Assembly (NCBI GenBank): GCA_050916045.1
Contig: CP051526.1
Coordinates: 2,368,001-2,432,000 of the forward strand
DNA: 64,000 bases
Source: Tepidisphaera sp.
Lineage (GTDB): Bacteria > Planctomycetota > Phycisphaerae > Phycisphaerales > UBA1924
Direction: 5' to 3'
The notes beneath the pieces were generated by a model. That model did not search any database, was not told where the DNA came from, and saw only the letters and a list, made by a program, of their open reading frames with translations. The position numbers and the translations under genes were made by a program. Positions within the stretch are counted from its first letter, which is position 1. Every line of letters begins with the position of its first letter. Shown in pieces: positions 44,825-53,055 of this stretch.

Positions 44825-47800
44825 TCACCGCCCGCGCACGCCCTCCGCTACCCCCTCCGCCCGATACCTGTAATAAACCTCAAGACTCAACGTACACGCC
44901 GCCGTCTGGTACACCCGCCCCCCAAGCCGCGACCACTCATCCGTCGGTGCCCAACTCCCCGCCATCTTCCCCTCCTTCGACTGGTTCGCAAGCAGCTCCC
45001 GCACAAGAGCCTCGTTCCACGCTTTCCACGCTTCCCCCTGGTGCTGGAACAACGCAAGCGTCGCGTAATACCACGAATACGTCGGTGCACCCTCGCCCCA
45101 CTTCGGAAGCGTCCCGCGAACGAATCGCGCCGACTCCTCCATCATCCGCTCCTCGCGCTTCCGCCCGAGGATCTGCTGCACGAACATCGCTTCCGCCGTC
45201 ATCGCCGCGCTCGCCGCTCCCCCCTTCGCGTACGCGTACCGCCCCGGCTTCCCCTCCACCGTCACATACTCAAGCCATTTCCCCGCCGCGTCAAACGTCG
45301 CTTTCGGCACGTCCATCCCCGCCCGCCGCGCACTCTCGATCGTGAACACAAGCCAGCCCAGCACCGACGTGTCCTTCTCGCTCCCCCGCTTCCCGCCGCC
45401 CGAAGCCCGCTCAAGCACAAACGCCACCGCCCGCTGCGCCGGCTTCACCAGCGCCGGATCCTGCGTCATCGCCAAAGCCTCGCACAGCGCCACCGTCCCC
45501 ACCGTCTGCCCGTACATCGTCTCCCCGCCGCGCAGATCCCCATCCGCACCCTGCCGCGCGAGAAGCCACGCCAGCGCCCGCGCGACACGCTCCCGGTACG
45601 GCCCCTCATCCATGTGCGTGTGCCCCGCTCCGAGATAACAGAGCAGCACCATCCCCGTCATCGCCGCATCCGCCTTCACCTCCGCCCCACCGCCACACTC
45701 CCCGCACCCATCATCAAACCGCTGAGCACTCCACGACCCGTCCGCCGCCTGGTGCTTCGCAAACCACTCGAGCGCAAGCCCGACCGCTTTCTCCGTCTCC
45801 GCGCTCCCGCCCATCTTCTCCACAAGCTCGCGCCGCACCTCCGGCGCCCGCTGGTCAAACGTCTCGACCGGCGCCGACACCACCGGAAGCCGCGCATCAA
45901 GCTCATTCTCCGCGCCGTCCCCACCCCCAGCCTCCGGCAACAGATCAGCGCCCGGCCCACCGCGCCGCTCACGCGACCGCTCACCCGCAACCTCGCCAAG
46001 CCCAAGGCCAAGCTGAAGTCCCGCTCCCGGCGGCGCATCCTTCTTCTCCGAGCCCGCCGCTCCCGGCTCGATCATCACCAAGCCGCTCGCCCCCGCTCCG
46101 TTCCCCACCGGCGCCGCCACGCTCGGCGAGTCGCCCGCTCCCTCCAGCACGCCATCAACCACCCCCCGCCCGCCCGACGGCTCCGCTTTCGCGCCCCCGC
46201 CGCCATCACCAGCCCGCACGCCCGGCACCGCCGGCATCACACCCGCCGGCTCACCCGGCGCAACCATCTCCGCGCCAGACATCGCCACCCGCTCGCCGCG
46301 CCCTGCCCCACCCGCAGCCGTCGGCTCCTGCACGACGCTCGCTCCATCCCAACTCCCCCCGCCCTTCGCCGCAAGCGGAACCTCCACCGATCCACCCGCC
46401 GCGCTCTTCCCCGAAACCGACTCCACTCCCGCCACCGGCCCGCTCCCGGCAACTTCGCTCGCCGCAAGCTCACCCACCGCAAGCCCCGCCGCTTCCCGCT
46501 CCGCGCCCGTCCCCTGCTTCGCTCCCGCTTGCGGCACGCGAGCCTCCGCCGCGACCGATCCCGCGACCTCCACACCCTGAGCAACCTTCACCTCGCCCCC
46601 GCGCCGCGAAGCACCGCCCCCCGCGACCGTCGGCTCCGCCACCGGCACAACTCGCTCACCGCTCGCTCGCGGCGTGATCTCCGCCCGCCCCGCCGACACG
46701 CCCGCGCTCGGCACCGCCGCGACTTCCGGAGCCATCGCCCCGACATTCACCTCGCCCCGCCGCTCCTCGCTCGCCGCTTCTCGAGCCGCCGCTTTCGGCA
46801 CCGACACTCCATCATCGCTCGCCGCTCGCGGAGCTTCCACCGCCCGCACCGCCGCGGCCCGCTCCGGCGCCGAAGCCGTCTCGCCCCGCATCGCTTCGTT
46901 CCGCTCCGACACTTCCGCCAAGGGTGCAGCCACGCTCTCAAACTCCAACCCGCTCATCATCAGCGCCGGCGCCTCCGCCGCAAGCTCCGGCACCATCACC
47001 GCGCCGCCGCCCGACGAGATCCCCCGGATCTGCCCAGCCGCCGACCCGCCCGGCGTTCCCGAAGCAATCACGATCCGATTCCCGCCGCCGCCCCCGCCTT
47101 GCACAAGGTCGATAATCCCCGAGCCCACCTTCCAGATCGAGAAAAGCGAAGCCAAGCACGCGTGAACCACAAGCGACACCAACAAGCACCGCGCCACAAG
47201 CCCCAACCGCCCCAGCCGCTTCCGCCACACATCACTCGACATCAGCTTCGCAAGCAAAAGCAGCGGCAGAAGCGTCAGCAGCAAAAGACCAAGCCACGGC
47301 AGAAACCCGAGCACATTCAGCTTCGCACCCGGCTCCGCAAACCGATACACCTCGCGCGACACCGTGAACCACAGCGCATACCTCGCAAGCCCACCGCCCG
47401 CTTCCTCCTTCGCCCGGTCCGAACTAAAGCAAAGCCGGAACCCATCCGCCGTCAGCGCCGGATCCAGGTCGTTCGCCGCCGAGTTCACCGCCGATCCCAG
47501 ATTCTCCGCCGCCGACTGATCCTGAACCCGCGCCCGGTACAGGTCAAAACCGCCAAGCCCGCCCGCCCGATCCGACGCGAAGTACAAATAGTCCCCCGCC
47601 GGGCTCATCGCCGGCGCTCCCTCATCCGCTTCCGTATTCAGCCACGCCGCCGCTTGCGCCGCTGCGGCCATTCCCTCACGCAGCTCCGCGCGGTACAGGT
47701 CATAATCCCGCCGCGTCCGATGCTCACGCACCGTCGCGCTCCACGTTTCATCGCTCGTCGCCGGCTCACCCGCTCTCGGCCGGTTCGACGAGAACCAAAG

Positions 47801-48355
47801 CACGTTTCCCTCCGGCGACAGCGCCGGCCCGTACTCATTCCACTTCGAGTTCACACCCTCACCAAGATTGACCGGCTCGCCCCAACCTTCTCCCTCCCGC
47901 TCCGCGGCCCACAGGTCATACCCGCCCGCGCCCCCCGCTCGATCCGAGTAGAAGTAAAGCCGCTTCCCGTCCGCCGAAAGCTCGGGCCCAAGTTCATCCT
48001 GCTTGGTGTTGACCGAAGCAATGGCCTCCGCCTCGCTCCACCCGCCCGGCGTCCTTCGAGCCATCCACAGATCCGCCGTCCCGCCCGGCTTGCCACGAAC
48101 GAACACAAGCGTCATCCCGTCCGCGCTGTACCGCGGCTCATATTCATCCGCCGACCCGCCCGCCGCGCCCGGCATCGACTCCGCAGGCTTCCACAGGATC
48201 TCTCGCACCGGCGCACCCTGCGCCGCCACCCGAATCGCGCCGCCATCCGTCCACCATTCCGCCCCGCGCGTCCGCCACCCGGCCATCGCCACAAGCGTGA
48301 CGGCCCCGACCGCCCCAATCACCACCACCGTCGCAAGCTTCAGCTTGACGTTCAT
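44825..48355 (-). CDS. Multidomain envelope protein: TolB-like PD40 propeller, two TM helices (SxxxH), long linker, prenyltransferase/squalene-cyclase-like barrel
   Basis: Repeats such as P.LS.DG..LYF.SDR.GG.GG.DLW; VSLVVHACL; ALEWFAKHQAADGSW, LLARQGADG, GSW, GGRVYQTA. Confidence 0.85.
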   Translation of the reverse strand: MNVKLKLATVVVIGAVGAVTLVAMAGWRTRGAEWWTDGGAIRVAAQGAPVREILWKPAESMPGAAGGSADEYEPRYSADGMTLVFVRGKPGGTADLWMARRTPGGWSEAEAIASVNTKQDELGPELSADGKRLYFYSDRAGGAGGYDLWAAEREGEGWGEPVNLGEGVNSKWNEYGPALSPEGNVLWFSSNRPRAGEPATSDETWSATVREHRTRRDYDLYRAELREGMAAAAQAAAWLNTEADEGAPAMSPAGDYLYFASDRAGGLGGFDLYRARVQDQSAAENLGSAVNSAANDLDPALTADGFRLCFSSDRAKEEAGGGLARYALWFTVSREVYRFAEPGAKLNVLGFLPWLGLLLLTLLPLLLLAKLMSSDVWRKRLGRLGLVARCLLVSLVVHACLASLFSIWKVGSGIIDLVQGGGGGGNRIVIASGTPGGSAAGQIRGISSGGGAVMVPELAAEAPALMMSGLEFESVAAPLAEVSERNEAMRGETASAPERAAAVRAVEAPRAASDDGVSVPKAAAREAASEERRGEVNVGAMAPEVAAVPSAGVSAGRAEITPRASGERVVPVAEPTVAGGGASRRGGEVKVAQGVEVAGSVAAEARVPQAGAKQGTGAEREAAGLAVGELAASEVAGSGPVAGVESVSGKSAAGGSVEVPLAAKGGGSWDGASVVQEPTAAGGAGRGERVAMSGAEMVAPGEPAGVMPAVPGVRAGDGGGGAKAEPSGGRGVVDGVLEGAGDSPSVAAPVGNGAGASGLVMIEPGAAGSEKKDAPPGAGLQLGLGLGEVAGERSRERRGGPGADLLPEAGGGDGAENELDARLPVVSAPVETFDQRAPEVRRELVEKMGGSAETEKAVGLALEWFAKHQAADGSWSAQRFDDGCGECGGGAEVKADAAMTGMVLLCYLGAGHTHMDEGPYRERVARALAWLLARQGADGDLRGGETMYGQTVGTVALCEALAMTQDPALVKPAQRAVAFVLERASGGGKRGSEKDTSVLGWLVFTIESARRAGMDVPKATFDAAGKWLEYVTVEGKPGRYAYAKGGAASAAMTAEAMFVQQILGRKREERMMEESARFVRGTLPKWGEGAPTYSWYYATLALFQHQGEAWKAWNEALVRELLANQSKEGKMAGSWAPTDEWSRLGGRVYQTAACTLSLEVYYRYRAEGVAEGVRGR

Positions 48356-48410
48356 AGTTGCTCATCCTTCCGCGACCCGCCGCAACGTTTCCGAAAGCCT
48401 CACCGCGCCC

Positions 48411-48833
48411 TCACCGCATCGGGATCGTCTCGAGATACGGCTGCTGGATCCCCGCGCCCTTGCACACATCAAGCACCGAAGCCACGTTCGCGTACGGCGT
48501 GCTCCGATCCCCGCGCACGCTCACCTTCTGATCCGGATTACCCGCCACCGCCGACTTCATCACCGCTTGAAGTTCCTCAAGCGTCACCTTCCGCCCCGAC
48601 ACGTCTATCGCCCCGTCCGCCGCGATGTTCACGATCAACTCGCGCATCGCCGCCGAGATCGGCCCCGACGACGACGCGTACGGCAGCGCGATGCTCATCT
48701 CCCGCTGCGTCTGCGCCATGCTCGTCGCCAGCAGAAAGAAGATCAAAAGGTTGAAAAGCACATCCACCATCGGCACAAAATCAATGTGCAGGTCTGAAGC
48801 ATCTCCTCCCGCCCCGCCGCTTCGAATCAGCAT
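48411..48833 (-). CDS. ExbD/TolR biopolymer transporter
   Basis: PMVDVLFNLLIFFL, I.LP.A, VRGDR..Y..V..VLD..K.AG; AAGGAGG RBS. Confidence 0.93.
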   Translation of the reverse strand: MLIRSGGAGGDASDLHIDFVPMVDVLFNLLIFFLLATSMAQTQREMSIALPYASSSGPISAAMRELIVNIAADGAIDVSGRKVTLEELQAVMKSAVAGNPDQKVSVRGDRSTPYANVASVLDVCKGAGIQQPYLETIPMR

Positions 48834-48844
48834 CGCACCCTCCT

Positions 48845-49606
48845 TCACACGCCCGCCGTCGGCACAAGCTCACCGTTCGACGCCGCGTGCGCCGCCGCCG
48901 GCAAGGGCGCCGCCACCACCGGCGTCACAACCGGCACCGCCGCCACCACCCCATCCTCCTCACCTGCAAGCCACAGCGCCGCCGCGTTGTCCAATGCCCC
49001 CGCCGCCGCATCAATCCGCGCCATCAGCCACTGAAACGCCAGAATCGCCGGGATCGCCACCACAAGCCCAGCCGCCGTCGCCGTCCACGCTTCGTGGATG
49101 CCCTGCGCAAGCCGCTCCGTCTTCCCCAGCGAATCCGCCGACGCCGCCACCACCGTGAACGTCCGGATCATCCCGAACACCGTCCCCAGAAGCCCCAGCA
49201 TCGTCGCCACCTGCGGCAACGATGAAAGCACACGCATCCGCTGACGCAGCTTGCGCATCTCCCGCTCCCCCGCGTCGCTCACCGCTTTCTCCTGCTCGGC
49301 CTTCATCCCGTTTCTCGCACGGATCGCCGCTCCGATCACCGCCGCGAGCGGGCTCTGGTCCCCCGCACACCGCTCCAGCGCTCGCTTGGGATCACGCCTC
49401 AGCCCCATCAGCGCCTCAAGCAGCGTCGGAGGCACCACCCGCGCCCGCCGCGTCAGCACCAGCCGCTCCACCACGATCGTCATCGCCGCAAGCGAGCAGA
49501 TCGCAAGCGGAATCATGATGATCCCGCCCTTCATCGTCATGTCCCACACCGTCGACACAAACCCCGCTTCCGCCGCCGGCGCCGCCGCCATCATCACATC
49601 CATCAT
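48845..49606 (-). CDS. MotA/TolQ/ExbB proton channel protein
   Basis: GG.IM.PL..CS, LGLLGTV.GMI..F, LA.GI..A...TAAGL.VAIP; AAGGAG RBS. Confidence 0.93.
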   Translation of the reverse strand: MMDVMMAAAPAAEAGFVSTVWDMTMKGGIIMIPLAICSLAAMTIVVERLVLTRRARVVPPTLLEALMGLRRDPKRALERCAGDQSPLAAVIGAAIRARNGMKAEQEKAVSDAGEREMRKLRQRMRVLSSLPQVATMLGLLGTVFGMIRTFTVVAASADSLGKTERLAQGIHEAWTATAAGLVVAIPAILAFQWLMARIDAAAGALDNAAALWLAGEEDGVVAAVPVVTPVVAAPLPAAAHAASNGELVPTAGV

Positions 49607-49642
49607 CGCGCACTCCTTCATCCACGTCGTTCCGACCCACAC

Positions 49643-52600
49643 TCACCGCGCCGCCGCCCCCTCACGTCCCGGCACCGGCGCCGTCGCTTTCGCCGCAAGC
49701 ATCTCCTTCGCCATCCCCGCCCACGTCGTCTCCGGGAACCGCTTCACCACATCCTCGAACTGCCGCGTCGCATCCTCGTTCCGCCCCATCTCCGCCAGAC
49801 ACCGCCCCGCTTCAAAGATCGCCGCCGCACTCCACTCCGGATAGTCAAACAGCACATCCGTCTTCAAAAGCTCCGCCGAAGCCTGCTCATACTTCTTCTG
49901 CGCGTACAAGCACTCCCCGATCTGAAACTGCGCCCGAGCCGCCGTCGCCCCCTTGTGCTTCTCCACAACCTCGCGGTAATGCCCGATCGCCGCGTCGTGC
50001 TTCCCCTGGTTCTCCAAAGCCCACGCCACCCCGAACCGCGCCTGGAACCAAAGCTCCGACTTCGGCTCCATCTCCAGAAACGACGCATACGCCCGCTCGC
50101 TCGCCGCCCACTCCTGACACGCCGCCAGCGCATCGCCAAGCCGAAGCGTCGCCCCCGCTTTGACCGACCCCGCCTTCGTCGGCCCCGCCCGATCCGCTTT
50201 CACCGCCGCCGCAAACGCTTCCGATGCCGCTTTCGCCTGCCCCGTCGCAAGCAGCGCCTCCCCATGCAGCAAGCTCGCCGCCGCCAGCGACCCGCTCTTC
50301 GGATAGACCTTCGCGAAATCCTTCAGCCCCGCCGCCGCTTCCGACGCTTTCCCCTGCTTCAAAAGCGTCGCCGCCCGCAAGTAAGTCCCCCGCTCGCGGA
50401 TCCCGCTCGCCGCCTCCCCATCAAGCTTCTCCGCCGCCGCCACACCGCGTTCGATCAGCGCAATCGCCTCCGCGTGCTTCTCCGCTTTGCTCTCAAGCTG
50501 AGCAAGATCCAGCGCCGCATACGCCTCCACCCGCGTCGATCCCTCCGCCAACACCGCCCGATACGCCTCCGCCGCCTCTACCGCTTTCTCAAGCGACCGC
50601 AGCGCCAGCGCCCGCTCATAAAGCACGCCCGCCCGCTCCACCGCTCCAAGCTTCGTCACGTCCCCGATCGCCTCAAACCGCTTGATCGCCTCCTCGTGCC
50701 TCCCCTGCCGGTTCAGCGCGATCACCAGACTCGCCGCCGCCTCCGCCGCCCGCTCACCCTTCGGGTTCACCTCAAGCATCACCGTCAGCGCCTGCTCCGC
50801 TTCCGCGTACTTCCCCGCCGCGAGCAGAGCCGAAGCCAGATCAAGCCCCGCCCCGCCATCACCCCCCGGCGCATTCGCCAGTTTCCCCAGAATCTTCGCC
50901 GCTTCCTCGTGCTTGCCCTGCCTCGAAGCGATCGTCGCCAAGTGCCGCTCCGCGTGCGCCTTGATCGCCGCGTCCGCCTTCTCCGAAGCCGCGACCTCTC
51001 GCAGCACCGCTCCCGCCTCGTCAAGCTTCCCAAGCTCAATCAGCGACTGCCCCGCTTCGAACATCGCCTGTGTCGCCGCCGCCGAAGCCGGCTCCGCTTT
51101 CACCACCCGCTCGAACACCGGCACCGCTTCCGCGAACCGCCCCTGACGCTGCATGCAGATCCCCTGCCGCAGCATCGCATCAACCTCTTCCGCCCCGCCC
51201 TCCTTCACGATCATCGCGAACCACGCTTCCCCCTTCGCCCACTCCCGCTCCGCAAAGCAAAGCTCGCCAAGCGCCATCAGCGCCGCCGACCGCACCCCCG
51301 CATCCTGCTCCACCTTCATCGCCACCGCAGCTTCCAGCGCCGCACGCCCCTCATCCCCGCTCCCCGTCTTGACAAGACAAAGCCCGCGCCGCACCATCGC
51401 CCGCCACGCGTGCCTGCTCTCCTTGAACCCCTTCAGGAACGCTTCGTACGCCCCCAGTGCCTCCTTCATCCGCCCCGCCGCGTACTCGTTCTCCGCGACA
51501 AGCAAGCCCGCCGACTCCGCGAGCGCCGCCCCCGGCTTCTTCCCCGCGACCGACACGCAAAGGTCCAGGCTCTGCTCATACTTCCCAAGCCGGTGAGCAC
51601 ACCACGCCTCCGCGACCATCGCTTCCGCCGCGAGCGGGCTCGCTCCAAACTTCCCGCGCCACCGCCCCCACTCTTCCAGCGCCTCCGCATCCTTTCCCGC
51701 ACGCGAAAGCGCCGCCGCCCGGTCAAACAGCATGTCCGGGACCAGCTCGCTCCCCGCAAACTTCGCCGCCGCAAGCCCCAGCCGCTCCGCCGCTTCCGCG
51801 TGCCGTCCCATGGCAGTCTCGCACTTCCCGGCCCAGTACGCCGCTTCCGCCGCCAGATTCGCCGCTTTCGACCCCTGGGCCGACGCGAACTCCTTCATCC
51901 CCGCTTCGGCTTTGCCCTGCTCCAGCAGCACCTTGCCGCGTTCCAGCACGACCCGATCGCGAAGCTCACCCTTGAGCTCCGCCGACCACGCCTCCTTCAG
52001 CGCCCGCTCCGCCGCCGCAAAGTCCTTTGAAGCCCGCGCCGCCGATGCAAGCCCGAGCAAACCCTCCGTCCGCACCACGCCCGTCCCCGTCGCGCCGACC
52101 GCCGCATAGAGCTTCATCGCCGCCGCAAGCTCGCCCAGATGATGCCGGCACTGCGCCTCCACCAGCGCCAAGCTCGCCGCATACTCACCCGCTCCGCCCT
52201 TGGCTCGCACCCCCGCAGCCCGCGCCGCCGCCGCTTCGTGCTTGCCCAGCGCCGACTCCGCCATCGCCGCAAGCAGCCCCGCCCGCGCCGCCGATGCACT
52301 CGCCGGCCACTTCTCAATCGCGCCCGCAAGCACCGTCGCCGCTTCCGCATGCTTGCCCTGCTTGTAAAGCGACTCCCCGAGCATCACGCTCGCCCGATCA
52401 AGCTGCCCGAACGTCGGATGCTCATCCACAAGCTTGCGAAGCACCGACGACGCCCCCCCTTCATCGGCCATCGCCGCCGCGCACTGGGCCCGAAGGAGCA
52501 TCGCGTCCGGCGCGAACTCAAACCCCTTCGCGTCCATCACCTGGTCCAGCTCTTTCGCCGCTTCCGCGTGCTTGTTCATCCGCACCAAGCACACCGCCAG

Positions 52601-52810
52601 CGAGTACCGCGCGTTCGCCGCTTCCGCCCCCGCCGGCTGCTCCTTCAGGTACGTCCGAAGCTCCGCCGCCGCCAGGTCGTACAGGCCCTTGCCAAGGAGC
52701 CCGACTCCCGCCCGGTACGCTTTGTCGTCCCCCGACGCCGCACCCGCGACGCACACCACCGCCACACCCACCGCAAGCCCGATCGTCTTCGTCCGCAACG
52801 TTGGCAACAT
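49643..52810 (-). CDS. Large exported TPR-repeat protein
   Basis: Signal peptide; many repeats such as A.YSLA..L, AQFQIGECLY, ending FP.T.WA. Confidence 0.88.
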   Translation of the reverse strand: MLPTLRTKTIGLAVGVAVVCVAGAASGDDKAYRAGVGLLGKGLYDLAAAELRTYLKEQPAGAEAANARYSLAVCLVRMNKHAEAAKELDQVMDAKGFEFAPDAMLLRAQCAAAMADEGGASSVLRKLVDEHPTFGQLDRASVMLGESLYKQGKHAEAATVLAGAIEKWPASASAARAGLLAAMAESALGKHEAAAARAAGVRAKGGAGEYAASLALVEAQCRHHLGELAAAMKLYAAVGATGTGVVRTEGLLGLASAARASKDFAAAERALKEAWSAELKGELRDRVVLERGKVLLEQGKAEAGMKEFASAQGSKAANLAAEAAYWAGKCETAMGRHAEAAERLGLAAAKFAGSELVPDMLFDRAAALSRAGKDAEALEEWGRWRGKFGASPLAAEAMVAEAWCAHRLGKYEQSLDLCVSVAGKKPGAALAESAGLLVAENEYAAGRMKEALGAYEAFLKGFKESRHAWRAMVRRGLCLVKTGSGDEGRAALEAAVAMKVEQDAGVRSAALMALGELCFAEREWAKGEAWFAMIVKEGGAEEVDAMLRQGICMQRQGRFAEAVPVFERVVKAEPASAAATQAMFEAGQSLIELGKLDEAGAVLREVAASEKADAAIKAHAERHLATIASRQGKHEEAAKILGKLANAPGGDGGAGLDLASALLAAGKYAEAEQALTVMLEVNPKGERAAEAAASLVIALNRQGRHEEAIKRFEAIGDVTKLGAVERAGVLYERALALRSLEKAVEAAEAYRAVLAEGSTRVEAYAALDLAQLESKAEKHAEAIALIERGVAAAEKLDGEAASGIRERGTYLRAATLLKQGKASEAAAGLKDFAKVYPKSGSLAAASLLHGEALLATGQAKAASEAFAAAVKADRAGPTKAGSVKAGATLRLGDALAACQEWAASERAYASFLEMEPKSELWFQARFGVAWALENQGKHDAAIGHYREVVEKHKGATAARAQFQIGECLYAQKKYEQASAELLKTDVLFDYPEWSAAAIFEAGRCLAEMGRNEDATRQFEDVVKRFPETTWAGMAKEMLAAKATAPVPGREGAAAR

Positions 52811-53055
52811 GCCCGCTCCTTCCGTCCGATGCCGCATCGCACACACCGGGTCGCACACCCTCCGCGCGCGGGGCCACCGCCGCGTCCGCGGGACGATGAG
52901 CCGCCGCCGTGTTCAGTGCGAGGGACTCCGCGCCGGGCCCGTCAGGGTCCGGTCGCAGGGGTGACCTTGATCCAATCCCATTTCGCTCAGGCCCGGGCGC
53001 CAAGCATCACAGCACGCCAACCGGGCACCGCTTCACCACCCCGACTCATCTCCGT

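Noticed and set aside
44825..45850. Bona fide squalene-hopene cyclase or terpene biosynthetic cluster
   Set aside because: Single barrel only, no DXDD motif seen, and the context is envelope transport
44675..48754. Very long plus-strand ORFs (also 18696-21683, 28925-31216, 49955-52030)
   Set aside because: Arg/Pro-rich antisense shadows of well-supported minus-strand genes in high-GC DNA
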